NCBI GenBank assembly: GCA_049598495.1
Contig: JBMYNR010000039.1
Location: 1 to 14,839 of the forward strand
Length of the DNA stretch: 14,839 bases
Reading direction: 5' to 3'
Source of the DNA: Opitutales bacterium
Lineage (GTDB): Bacteria > Verrucomicrobiota > Verrucomicrobiia > Opitutales > Coraliomargaritaceae
Below the pieces are notes generated by a model. It was not told the DNA's origin, did no database searches, and saw only the letters and a program-made list of their open reading frames with translations. Of this stretch, positions 1 to 9,294 are shown one piece after another; position 1 is the stretch's first letter; each line of letters opens with the position of its first letter. The position numbers and the translations under genes are program-made.

Positions 1-51
1 TAATACTCGGTAAAGTCGAAAGAATATGTAGCGAACTTCGCTGACACCACA

Positions 52-1149
52 CTAGCTAAGGCACCTCACCGCAAGTTCCCGACAAACTTCTTCCTGTTCG
101 TTCGGGCGTTTGATGATCTCCTCAAAAGCCTCTGTGAATGCGATCTGAAAATCAATCAGCTTCTTCAAAGGGACCTTCGAAGCGGTCTCCGCTAATCGCC
201 CCAGATACCAGGGATTCTGGGTAAAAATGTTCAAGTTACTCTTCTCTTCTCGACCGCCAAAATGATGGCCGTAGGTCCGCGCGGCCGACTCCAGATCACC
301 CTTTGAGATGCCACGAGCGCCGAGGCGAACCGCACCGGCATCCAGTAAGACACGGAGCTGAATCAGCAGTCGATTGCGCGACTGCAAACTACCAAGAAGT
401 CCTCGAGAGTCGTTGTTCGTAAAGAAGTGACGACGCAACGCTTCCAGCGTCCAGGAGAGTTTGAGTGAGTAGAATGCATCTGCCGCCTCGAAAAAGTCGG
501 CATCTCCAAAATTCGGCACGAGATCCACGACGAGTCGTTCGCTGATAGGCTCCGAATTCTCACCGGAAAAGGTCAATAATTTACGCGTCTCCTCAACAAT
601 CAAGCGAGTGTTTCCATTGACCTTGCCGATTAATAATTGAATCGCACCAGCCGTCATACCCACCCCAACCTTCTCACATTCTTCGCGAATCAAAGCCGCG
701 CAGGTTTCGGCCGTATCTTTTCCCGCCGCAATGGCCGTAAAATCAGCTGTTTTCTGGCACCACTTGAAAAAGCTGCGACGTTTATCCACAGGCTGAGCAG
801 TGATCAGGACGCCCACTGAAGTCGGGTCGATTACTTCGAGTATTGACTTCATGTTTTCCAACAGATCGAGGGTGCCTTGCGCACGCCCGGTCTGGCTGTC
901 AGCTATAAAATTTATATCCTTCAACCAAACGACTTTGCGCTCCCCAAAGAGCGAAAGTGTCTGCACCGCACTGGAGAAACGGTTGATCGCCTCTTCCACC
1001 TCAGCGACATTCGAAGCACGACCGTCCACGATTTCTTTAGACAGGTCATCGCTCAGATCCTTTGCCTGCTCATCAAACCAGGCCCTACCCTTTTCCGAGA
1101 CAAGATAGTCGTCGTCCCCGCAGATAAATGTGAAAGGCTTTGCTGACAT
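52..1149 (-). CDS. holA: DNA polymerase III subunit delta (clamp loader)
   Basis: N-terminal FICGDDDYLV, QTLSLFGERKVVWLKD, VDKRRSFFK and EETRKLLTF match the HolA pattern. ATG 1149 (MSAKPF) is preferred over the TTG at 1188. Confidence 0.9.
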   Translation of the reverse strand: MSAKPFTFICGDDDYLVSEKGRAWFDEQAKDLSDDLSKEIVDGRASNVAEVEEAINRFSSAVQTLSLFGERKVVWLKDINFIADSQTGRAQGTLDLLENMKSILEVIDPTSVGVLITAQPVDKRRSFFKWCQKTADFTAIAAGKDTAETCAALIREECEKVGVGMTAGAIQLLIGKVNGNTRLIVEETRKLLTFSGENSEPISERLVVDLVPNFGDADFFEAADAFYSLKLSWTLEALRRHFFTNNDSRGLLGSLQSRNRLLIQLRVLLDAGAVRLGARGISKGDLESAARTYGHHFGGREEKSNLNIFTQNPWYLGRLAETASKVPLKKLIDFQIAFTEAFEEIIKRPNEQEEVCRELAVRCLS

Positions 1150-1267
1150 ACGAGCCACCAGTCTCAAAGCCTGTTCAGCCGAGCGCAAGGCGGAAGCTAC
1201 ACGAAATAGAAAAGGTAGGGACGAGCGCCGCTACCATACTTCTCAGGAGCTTAGAACCAGACACTGC

Positions 1268-2551
1268 CTAATCCCGTTCACCGCAGCAGAGAAACTCCTC
1301 CACTTTGTATTTGCGGAGCTTACGCCGAATCCAGTCGAGCGCCGCGTGAACCGCGCGCGCCTTCACATCGAGGCGCCCACCCGCATAGCGAACCGTCTTA
1401 CACCACACACCCACGGGTGAATGATAGCCGAGATGAATCGTGCCGACAGGGTTCTTCTCGTCGCCACCGCCCGGGCCGGCAAATCCCGTCACACTCAGAC
1501 CATAATCAGTCGAAAGTCGCTCAGATATTCCCGAGGCCATGGCCACCGCACACTCGGCACTGACTGCACCATGCTGCTCGAGAATCGACTCAGGCACGCC
1601 GACCTTGGAGACCTTCACATCGTTCGAGTAACAGACTACGCCGCCAACGAACACCTTGGAGGCACCCGGCAAATTCGTAAACTCGCTACAAAGAAGGCCA
1701 CCTGTACATGACTCGGCAATGGCCAGCGTCCGGTCGAGGGCGCGCAACTCATCCAAGACGACCTTAGCAAGTGAGCAGTGGCCGAAGCAGACGAAATCCT
1801 CCCCGAGCAGCTCGCGCGCCTCGTGCCCAATTACTTCGAGTTGCTCGCGGCTCAGCTTTTTATCCCGCGAGCTAAAGCGGACATCCACGATGCCGTAGTG
1901 AACGCAATACGCGACCGTTAGATCCGGGTGGGCCTCTAAAATAGGCTGCATCAATTCTTCCACTGTCGACTCGCCGGAGCCACAGGTCCGCAATTGCAAA
2001 TAAACCTCTTCCTCACTCAGCATGCCCAGTGTCTGCAGCATCGGGATGGCCTGCTTCTCAAACATGGGCTTTAACTCATGGGTCGGTCCCGGCAACATGA
2101 TGAGAATCTTGTCGTCCAGTTGAAGGGCCATACCAGGTGCCGTGCCACGCTCATTATGGAGGCCCCGGCCCTCGGCGAAGCGAAAACATTGCCTGCGATG
2201 GTGATCTGCCATGACACGTCCGAGCACCTCGAAACGCGCCTGAATCAAAGACTCGATTTCTCGGTCGTATATAAGCTCTGCACCCAAGGCCTTGGCCACG
2301 TTCTCTCGCGTCATGTCATCCGTAGTCGGGCCGAGACCTCCGGTCGTGATCACAATATCCGAACGTTGCCAAGCCTCGAGAAAGGCATGCTGTATTTCGG
2401 CAGGCTCGTCAGTGATGACCCGACTTCGATATATGGGCAGACCGAACCTCGCCAATTGCTCACCCAAATAGGTTAAGTGAGAATTCTCGCGAATCCCCAA
2501 CAGCAACTCGTCTCCAAAGTTGATTACTTCGACAATTGGCGTTTTAGACAT
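1268..2551 (-). CDS. cinA: CinA family protein (N-terminal MoCF-like domain fused to C-terminal PncC NMN deamidase domain)
   Basis: GDELLLG..ENS, ITTGGLGPTTDDMTRE, GTAPG and LPGP in the N-terminal part. AIAESCTGG, PGASKVF, YSNDVK, GAVSAECA and TGFAGPGGG in the C-terminal part. Confidence 0.93.
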   Translation of the reverse strand: MSKTPIVEVINFGDELLLGIRENSHLTYLGEQLARFGLPIYRSRVITDEPAEIQHAFLEAWQRSDIVITTGGLGPTTDDMTRENVAKALGAELIYDREIESLIQARFEVLGRVMADHHRRQCFRFAEGRGLHNERGTAPGMALQLDDKILIMLPGPTHELKPMFEKQAIPMLQTLGMLSEEEVYLQLRTCGSGESTVEELMQPILEAHPDLTVAYCVHYGIVDVRFSSRDKKLSREQLEVIGHEARELLGEDFVCFGHCSLAKVVLDELRALDRTLAIAESCTGGLLCSEFTNLPGASKVFVGGVVCYSNDVKVSKVGVPESILEQHGAVSAECAVAMASGISERLSTDYGLSVTGFAGPGGGDEKNPVGTIHLGYHSPVGVWCKTVRYAGGRLDVKARAVHAALDWIRRKLRKYKVEEFLCCGERD

Positions 2552-2613
2552 AGTATATATAGTGAATGAGTGCAGCTCACCAGGAACTGCAAACGAAATT
2601 TAACATTCCCCCA

Positions 2614-4080
2614 ATGCCCTTCGGAGCACAGAGTCAACTCAAGGAAAAAGTCCGCCGACTACCACACAAGCCGGGTGTCTACCTAATGAAGGACCGCATC
2701 GGCCGGACAATCTATGTCGGTAAGGCAAAAGATTTGAAGAAGCGGGTAAGCACCTACTTCCAGACTTCGCGCAAGCTGGCAATCGCGCAACCCAAGATAC
2801 GGGCGATGATCGAACTGATTCACGATTTCGAAACCATTCTGGTGAAATCCGAGGCAGAGGCCCTTCTCCTTGAGGGTCAACTGATCAAGAAATACAAACC
2901 ACGCTACAACACGGACTTCACCGACGACAAACGCTTCCTCCTTGTGCGTGTCGATCCACGCGAACCCCTGCCCCGCTTCCGACTCACTCGCAACCGTACG
3001 GATAGTAACTCACGCTACTACGGCCCATTTGCACACTCGGGGCATCTTCGCAAGACGCTGGCCGAGCTCCGCCGACAATTCGGGATCCTACTCAATGACG
3101 CCGCGCCCGTCGAACTGGAGGATGGCCGTTGGCGCCTCTACGACGATGCCCGGGCCGAGATTTACGAGCATTCCAATGAGATCAGCACAGAGGAATATCA
3201 GGCGCGCCTAGAGGCCGCGTGCGAGTTCCTCGAAGGCAAGGCCCGCGAATGGCTGACTGAGCTAAAGGCTGAAATGAAGGCAGCGGCGGAGGCACGGCAA
3301 TACGAGTCGGCCGCAGCACTGCGCGACCGAATTGAAGCTCTCGAGCGCACCGCCAGCCGCACTCGCAAGTTCGAACGGAATCTACTGGGAACACAAAACA
3401 GCGGCCAGGTCGTCAAACGGCTAAAAGAGCAACTGGGGCTAACCCGCCTACCACGCCGCATGGAATGCTTCGATATTTCCCACATTTCGGGAAGCTTCTG
3501 CGTCGCCTCAATGGTCGCATTTAGAAACGGCACTCCTGAACGTAAGAGCTATCGACGCTATAAGATCAAGAGTTTCATTGGAAATGATGATTTCCGTGCG
3601 ATGGAGGAAGTCGTCGGAAGACGCTACCGGCGGCTGCACGACGAAGAAAAGGACTTTCCCGATCTCGTCGTCATAGACGGTGGCGCTGGCCAGGTGACCG
3701 CCGCTTTAAAGGCCTTCTTAAATCAGGGATTCAATCCCCCCGAGCTGATTGGGCTGGCAAAGAAAAACGAGACTGTAATCTTCAGCGATGGACGTAAGCC
3801 GCTCAACCTACCCCACCATGATCCGGCTCTACGCTTGCTCCAGCAGATACGCGATGAGGCCCACCACTTCGCCAATAGCTTTAACGCTGAATTACGTAGT
3901 AAACGGCTACGGGAGTCTATCCTTGACGACTTTAAAGGGCTGGGCACGAAAAGAAAACAGCAACTCCTCCTACACTTCGGGAGAATCGAGAAGCTCAAGA
4001 AGGCAAATGTCGAGCAACTCACAGAAGTCGACGGGATTGGTCAACGAACCGCCGAGCAACTGGTCGAGTTTTTCAGGTAG
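2614..4080 (+). CDS. uvrC: Excinuclease ABC subunit C (short form)
   Basis: GIY-YIG domain (PGVYLM, IYVGKAKDL, EALLLE, PRYN), UVR motif (YESAAALRD), RNase H-like domain (ECFDISH, DDFRAM, IDGGAGQ, IRDEAHHFA) and C-terminal HhH (GLG, VDGIG). The start could also be 2566. Confidence 0.93.
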   Translation: MPFGAQSQLKEKVRRLPHKPGVYLMKDRIGRTIYVGKAKDLKKRVSTYFQTSRKLAIAQPKIRAMIELIHDFETILVKSEAEALLLEGQLIKKYKPRYNTDFTDDKRFLLVRVDPREPLPRFRLTRNRTDSNSRYYGPFAHSGHLRKTLAELRRQFGILLNDAAPVELEDGRWRLYDDARAEIYEHSNEISTEEYQARLEAACEFLEGKAREWLTELKAEMKAAAEARQYESAAALRDRIEALERTASRTRKFERNLLGTQNSGQVVKRLKEQLGLTRLPRRMECFDISHISGSFCVASMVAFRNGTPERKSYRRYKIKSFIGNDDFRAMEEVVGRRYRRLHDEEKDFPDLVVIDGGAGQVTAALKAFLNQGFNPPELIGLAKKNETVIFSDGRKPLNLPHHDPALRLLQQIRDEAHHFANSFNAELRSKRLRESILDDFKGLGTKRKQQLLLHFGRIEKLKKANVEQLTEVDGIGQRTAEQLVEFFR

Positions 4081-4145
4081 GTCGTCCTCGCCGTCCGAGC
4101 TGGCGACAAGACCGATCCGACATGTCCGCCGTAGCCTGCGGCGGA
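4077..4145 (+). repeat. Degenerate REP start plus GC-rich hairpin downstream of uvrC
   Basis: GTAGGTCGTCCTCGCCG (4077-4093) resembles the first half of the REP at 4345-4369. TCCGCCGTA-GCC-TGCGGCGGA forms a hairpin at 4125-4145. Confidence 0.5.
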
Positions 4146-4210
4146 GGGGGTAGCGTAGGCGGTCGGAATCGGACCACGCGCCGTCCTGCAATCTGTAACG
4201 CGTGCCTACA

Positions 4211-4303
4211 AGCAATTTGCATTTAGGTAGAATAACTGGCTGGATGCCTTGAAGGGCTCACGAAACGGCTCTCACCAGAAGTTCTCACTAAATCCAATCG
4301 GCT
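4211..4303 (+). mobile_element. MITE-like element, family 1, copy A (93 bp)
   Basis: Left AGCAATTTGCATTTAGGTAGAATAACTGG and right CCAGAAGTTCTCACTAAATCCAATCGGCT are imperfect TIRs shared with the copies at 5431 and 9295. Confidence 0.8.
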
Positions 4304-4344
4304 CTAAGTGAAAAGTCATGGAAAAATGTAATCACATGACACAC

Positions 4345-4369
4345 GGCGGTCTCGGCGAGACCGCCCTAC
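4345..4369 (-). repeat. GTAG-type REP palindrome
   Basis: Minus strand GTAG-GGCGGTCTC-GCC-GAGACCGCC, a perfect 9-bp stem. Its TAG is the hemB stop codon. Confidence 0.8.
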
Positions 4370-5376
4370 CGCTTCGCTTCGGCATAGGCTTTCGCAAAGT
4401 ATGTCAGGATAATATCCGCGCCAGCACGACGGATGGCCAGCAATGACTCATCGCGGCAGCGTTCCGGATCGAGCCAGCCTCGTTCAGCAGCCGCCATGAT
4501 CTGCGCATACTCCCCGGAGACCTGATAGGCCGCGAGAGGCAAATCCGTTTCTTCCCGAACCTCACGAATAATATCGAGATACGGACCCGCCGGCTTCACC
4601 ATGAGCACATCGGCGCCCTCTTCTTCGTCGAGCCCGATCTCGGTTAATGCCTCTCGCCGATTACCGGGATTCAATTGATAGCTGCGTTTATCGAGCTGGT
4701 GCGAACCCGCACTCGCGGCACTGCCCACAGCATCACGAAAGGGACCGTAAAAAGCCGATGCGAATTTTGCCGAGTAGGCCATGATCGCAGTCGTTTCAAA
4801 ATCATTGCCATCAAGAACGGATCGAATCACGCCCACGCGCCCATCCATCATATCTGATGGGGCGACTATATCAGCCCCCGATTCAGCCGCGAGCACAGCC
4901 ATGTCGGCCAGCACCTCAACCGTCGCATCGTTGGCGATATCCTGCGCAGTGGCATCCCATAGGCCGTCGTGGCCATGCAAGGTGTAGGGGTCGAGTGCCA
5001 AATCGGTGATCAAAGTGAGCTCGGGTAGTTCCGCCTTAATCGCCCGAATGGCTCGCAGGACCAGCGTGTCGGGATTTAACGCTTCCCGTCCGTCATCCGA
5101 TTTGAGCCGATCATCCAACTTTGGAAAAAGCGCAACACCGGAAATACCAAGCCCACACAGTTCCCTGCATTCTTCGATCAAATCCTTGATCGACAACCGA
5201 GCCATACCCGGCATCGACTCGATCGGTTCGGGCGGACCATCGCCATCGACCACGAAAACAGGCTGAATCAAATGCTCGGGCGAGACCTCCGTTTCATTCA
5301 CAAGTGCACGTAGGCCACTTGTCCGGCGCAAACGCCTCGGACGGCGGATAAGGTCTAGTTTTCCCTGAGCTTGCAT
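4366..5376 (-). CDS. hemB: Porphobilinogen synthase (delta-aminolevulinic acid dehydratase)
   Basis: RRPRRLR, APSDMMDGRV, MAYSAKFASAFYGPFRDA, MVKPA, AYQVSGEY, RRAGADIILTYFA. Start ATG 5376 chosen because the longer ORF runs into a repeat element. Confidence 0.96.
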   Translation of the reverse strand: MQAQGKLDLIRRPRRLRRTSGLRALVNETEVSPEHLIQPVFVVDGDGPPEPIESMPGMARLSIKDLIEECRELCGLGISGVALFPKLDDRLKSDDGREALNPDTLVLRAIRAIKAELPELTLITDLALDPYTLHGHDGLWDATAQDIANDATVEVLADMAVLAAESGADIVAPSDMMDGRVGVIRSVLDGNDFETTAIMAYSAKFASAFYGPFRDAVGSAASAGSHQLDKRSYQLNPGNRREALTEIGLDEEEGADVLMVKPAGPYLDIIREVREETDLPLAAYQVSGEYAQIMAAAERGWLDPERCRDESLLAIRRAGADIILTYFAKAYAEAKR

Positions 5377-5430
5377 ACTTTCTTCATGCCGCTTCGGACG
5401 CATGAGTTCAAGCTTCGAAGCAAAGCCTCG

Positions 5431-5615
5431 AGCCGATTGCATTTAGGTAGAATCACTGGCTGGGTGTCATTTTTGTTGCCAGCCAGACGGGTGCAGCGGG
5501 TGCGGGTCGAGACCCGTATCGCTGCGACCAACGCAGCTGGAAGCAAACATCTCCCCAGTCCCGCGACCTCTCGAAAAAGGCTCTCACCAGAAGTTCTAAC
5601 TAAATCCAATAGGCT
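5431..5615 (+). mobile_element. MITE-like element, family 1, copy B (185 bp)
   Basis: Left AGCCGATTGCATTTAGGTAGAATCACTGG vs reverse complement of the right end AGCCTATTGGATTTAGTTAGAACTTCTGG match at 23/29. The interior is hairpin-rich. Confidence 0.82.
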
Positions 5616-5840
5616 AAACGGATGTATCCCAAGATTTTAAAATGCTCCAGTCGATACAATGAGCGTGTCTCTCAATAACCCACTGAGCTCAGCTTTCGCA
5701 ACACATGCCTGCTCATGGTAGAGTCATGCCTGTTCTGTAATAATAAGTGCTGCAGAAAAGCAGAATTGGGTCCGTTAAGTTTACCTTTCCTTTACAACAA
5801 AATCTTTGCGGCAAGTGACCTAAATAATAGTACTAAATTA

Positions 5841-6689
5841 ATGAAAACTAGTGTATTAAGGATGAGTAATAACGAACCAATTGGACATTTTTTTGTTCGG
5901 GTCACCAGTAACCATGCCATCGCGATCACATTAATCGCGATGGGCTTGTCTTATTTTGTGGGCAGTAAACTGCTGAAGGAATATTACATTAAAGGAGGAG
6001 CCACGGTCACCTCATTATCCACATCAGTAGAGCCGATAGGTCACTCGGGGGAACACATCCAGGAAACTACGGAAATAACTCCAGCTGAATATTTCAAAAC
6101 TCATTTTCTGGCAGAACATGAAAAAGCACTTCCAAAACCAAGTAGCTTTCACGGCAGGGGTGTCGCACTCGCCGATAATGTTAGATTCGTCTTCAAACTC
6201 GATTTTAAGAGTGATCGAATTCAAATCACCCATTTTGACACAAACGATGCGATCACCTTTCAGCTCACCCATGAGGGTCTATCCCCTGAAACAGTCTCCG
6301 GACGCTCAGATCCCGCCTTCTACGAAATCGCTCATTCTATCGCAACGGGAGTCGCATTAGCACGCGGAATCGATACACGTCTCTATACGATTATAGAGAA
6401 TTCTGAATATGCATCTTTGGAGAAAGTGTTTCACAACGGCCGAATCCTGCAAAAGTTAAGCCTGTCGACTGAACTGTCCAGCGCTGATGGTCTTCTGGGA
6501 TCGTCTATCTTCATTCAGGAATCTGACTTCAACGTGGTCGAAATATCAGGCATACCAGGATGTAAGCCGGAGCATAAACTTGATTTTTACGACTATCAGA
6601 CACATGCCGCATTCGGATTACCGAAGCATATCACAAGCACTCTTCCCGACCAGCAGCACATACTCATCGAACTGTTCTCTCTAAATTAA
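5841..6689 (+). CDS. Hypothetical protein with N-terminal hydrophobic anchor
   Basis: Long stop-free ORF filling the hemB-cysS gap, with one hydrophobic stretch (AIAITLIAMGLSYFVG). Visibly AT-richer than neighbours. Start uncertain (5715, 5841 or 5862). Confidence 0.7.
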   Translation: MKTSVLRMSNNEPIGHFFVRVTSNHAIAITLIAMGLSYFVGSKLLKEYYIKGGATVTSLSTSVEPIGHSGEHIQETTEITPAEYFKTHFLAEHEKALPKPSSFHGRGVALADNVRFVFKLDFKSDRIQITHFDTNDAITFQLTHEGLSPETVSGRSDPAFYEIAHSIATGVALARGIDTRLYTIIENSEYASLEKVFHNGRILQKLSLSTELSSADGLLGSSIFIQESDFNVVEISGIPGCKPEHKLDFYDYQTHAAFGLPKHITSTLPDQQHILIELFSLN

Positions 6690-6774
6690 GCTTCCTCGCA
6701 AAAGATGATAACAGGGGAAGTTTGGGACTGAGGTCGTTGATTTTTCTCTTCACATTCACAGACACTGTGACTTG

Positions 6775-8223
6775 ATGGCCGCGATGTCTGTAGAACTCTA
6801 TGATACTCTCAGCCGTTCAATGAAGCCGCTCACTGCATCGAGCGGCGGAACTTTACGATTCTACTGTTGCGGCCCGACCGTCTATGGCCCGGCCCACATC
6901 GGCAACTTTCGAACCTTCCTGATACAAGACACACTTCGTCGCGTGCTTGAAGTAGACGGCACCAAGGTCAAGCATGTTCGAAATATTACCGACCTCGACG
7001 ACAAGACCATCCGCCAGTCTCAGGCGGAGGGCAAGACGCTAGCCGAATTCACCGCTCACTGGAGAGAAAAGTTTCACGCGGATTGTGAGGCGCTCAACAT
7101 TCTTCCCCCGAGTATCGAACCAAGTGCTGTTGCCCATATCCCTCAGCAAATTACACTCGTCGAAAAGCTGATCGATAAAGGACACGCCTACGCCACCGAT
7201 GACGGTTCAGTCTACTTCCGGGTCGGCTCCTACGACGAATATGGCCGGCTTTCCCGACTGAAACAAAGGGAACTAAAAACGCAGGACGAAAATTCCGCCG
7301 GCGAGCTCAACGATGCCGACGAATACGACCGAGAATCCGTGACGGACTTCGCCTTATGGAAGTCACGCAAGCCGGAAGATGGTGATAATTTTTGGAATAG
7401 CCCTTGGGGGGAAGGTCGCCCCGGATGGCATCTAGAGTGCTCAGCCATGGTGGATAGTGCCTTCGACGGCGAGACCATTGACCTACACGGCGGAGGAATC
7501 GATCTCTGCTTCCCGCATCACGAAAACGAAATCGCCCAATCGGAATGCGCCCACGGCCACGAATTTTGTCGTCACTGGTTCCACAGCGCGCATCTCATGG
7601 TCGAGGGCGAGAAGATGTCGAAAAGTCTGGGTAACCTATATACCCTTGATGATCTGCGAGCCAAAGGCTTTAACCCGATGATCGTACGCTACACACTGAT
7701 TGCCGGGAGTTACCGCCAGCAGTTGAATTTTACCTTCGACGGTCTCCATGCGGCGAGGAGCGCCCATACCCGACTCGAGCGCTTCGCGACATCGCTCCTC
7801 GAAAAAACAGGAGAAGACCTGAGTGGGTTCAATGAAAACTATATTAAGGCCGATGCGCCGAAGGATTTTGGACGTCTTTCCAAAGCATGGGACGCGCTGC
7901 GAACCAATTTGAACACCGCCGCCTGCCTCGGGACGATCTTTGGAGTGATCGGCTCCAACCCAGCAGCGACCCTCGATGCGGAGGGCGCCCGAAAAATGCT
8001 TCAGGCGCTTGGCAGCCTACTCTATGCACTCGGACTCGAACTATTCACCCTAGAAGAGAAAACTATCGACGCCCCAGAACATATTATTGCCCTCGCACAA
8101 GAGCGCTGGACTGCGAAGCAAGCCAAGGACTGGATCAAAGCCGACGAACTGCGCGACGCACTCCTCGAGAAAGGCTGGATCGTCAAAGACAGCAAAAATG
8201 GATTCGAACTAGAACCCGGTTGA
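6775..8223 (+). CDS. cysS: Cysteine--tRNA ligase
   Basis: YCCGPTVYGPAHIGN, NITDLDDK, DFALWK, GRPGWHLECSAM, FPHHENE, KMSKSLGN. Start 6775 or 6784. Confidence 0.97.
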   Translation: MAAMSVELYDTLSRSMKPLTASSGGTLRFYCCGPTVYGPAHIGNFRTFLIQDTLRRVLEVDGTKVKHVRNITDLDDKTIRQSQAEGKTLAEFTAHWREKFHADCEALNILPPSIEPSAVAHIPQQITLVEKLIDKGHAYATDDGSVYFRVGSYDEYGRLSRLKQRELKTQDENSAGELNDADEYDRESVTDFALWKSRKPEDGDNFWNSPWGEGRPGWHLECSAMVDSAFDGETIDLHGGGIDLCFPHHENEIAQSECAHGHEFCRHWFHSAHLMVEGEKMSKSLGNLYTLDDLRAKGFNPMIVRYTLIAGSYRQQLNFTFDGLHAARSAHTRLERFATSLLEKTGEDLSGFNENYIKADAPKDFGRLSKAWDALRTNLNTAACLGTIFGVIGSNPAATLDAEGARKMLQALGSLLYALGLELFTLEEKTIDAPEHIIALAQERWTAKQAKDWIKADELRDALLEKGWIVKDSKNGFELEPG

Positions 8224-8355
8224 ACCAACTGAAGGCAGCGGCAAACATCAGTCACTAAAACCCAACCGCTATCGCCAAAACGACGGCATGCAGGCCCACT
8301 CTTAAGACGACTGGTATTAAACCGCCCTTTGGAAACCAGAATTCAACGACAGTAA

Positions 8356-9243
8356 ATGAAACACACTATTCAAAGCATCGGCAACCACACAGCTAAATGG
8401 GGCGAGGGTCCCATTTGGTGGAAGAACTTCCTGCTCTACGTCGACATTGAGGGCCACAACATCATCCGATTGAATCCAGAGACCGGTGAAGAGAACATCT
8501 GGAGCGTTGGCGAGCGCATTGGATGCGTTGTCCCCACCGAGGGGGACGACGTTATCTACGCGGGCGATACGGGTATCGTTCGATTCAACCTGAGTGATGG
8601 CGGCAAAACTCACCTCGCCGATCCGGAAGCTGAATTGCGCGGCAAAAATCGATTCAACGATGGTAAGTGTGATCCCGCTGGCCGCTTTTGGGCAGGCACG
8701 ATTAGTATGATCAAAGACACAGGCAGCGCGAATCTCTACTGCCTCGATACCAAGGGTAAGCTAACTCACAAGATCGCCGACATCACAAATTCCAACGGCA
8801 TCTGCTGGAGCCTGGATGCAAAAACCATCTACTACATCGATACGCCTACACAAGAGGTGCGCGCCTACGAATTCAACATTGAGACGGGCGAGTTATCCAA
8901 GGCGCGCATCGTCGTTGACACAGCGAAACATGGCTATGCAAGCTCCCCCGACGGTATGACCATTGATCGTGAGGGCATGCTCTGGATCGCCTTCTGCCAT
9001 GGCGGTTGCGTTGTTCGCTTCGATCCAAATAAAGACAAAATGCTCATGCGCGTTGATCTCCCTTGTATCGAAACAACTGCCTGCGCATTCGGCGGCAGGA
9101 ATCTTGATCGCCTCTTTGTCACCACCGGCATCAAGGCAGGATTGGCTGAACCAGACGCGGGCAAAATCTTCGTCATCGACGGCCTTGGCATAAGTGGTGT
9201 TCCCGCTTTTCCCTATAAGTCCGATTCAAGGGGGCTACACTAG
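8356..9243 (+). CDS. SMP-30/gluconolactonase/LRE family protein
   Basis: GEGPIW, RFNDGKCDPAGRFWAGT, SNGICWS, PDGMTID.EGMLW, TACAFGG.NLDRLFVTT. Confidence 0.92.
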   Translation: MKHTIQSIGNHTAKWGEGPIWWKNFLLYVDIEGHNIIRLNPETGEENIWSVGERIGCVVPTEGDDVIYAGDTGIVRFNLSDGGKTHLADPEAELRGKNRFNDGKCDPAGRFWAGTISMIKDTGSANLYCLDTKGKLTHKIADITNSNGICWSLDAKTIYYIDTPTQEVRAYEFNIETGELSKARIVVDTAKHGYASSPDGMTIDREGMLWIAFCHGGCVVRFDPNKDKMLMRVDLPCIETTACAFGGRNLDRLFVTTGIKAGLAEPDAGKIFVIDGLGISGVPAFPYKSDSRGLH

Positions 9244-9294
9244 GGAATTCTCAGGTACGCCCTGAAGGATTCGATTTTTGCAATATGCACTACA

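Noticed and set aside
1214..1235. GGTAG-GGACGAGCGCCG-CTACC, possible collapsed REP doublet
   Set aside because: Too short and degenerate to support, with only a 5-bp IR.
2552..2613. SOS/LexA box between divergent cinA and uvrC
   Set aside because: No TGTTC-N4-GAACA, GAAC-N4-GTTC or CTGT-N8-ACAG motif was found. Only a short AT-rich TATATATA stretch is present.
5371..5640. Short ORFs sharing HLGRITGWVS (also 9235-9420)
   Set aside because: The similarity is just translation of the family-1 element end, not a protein family.
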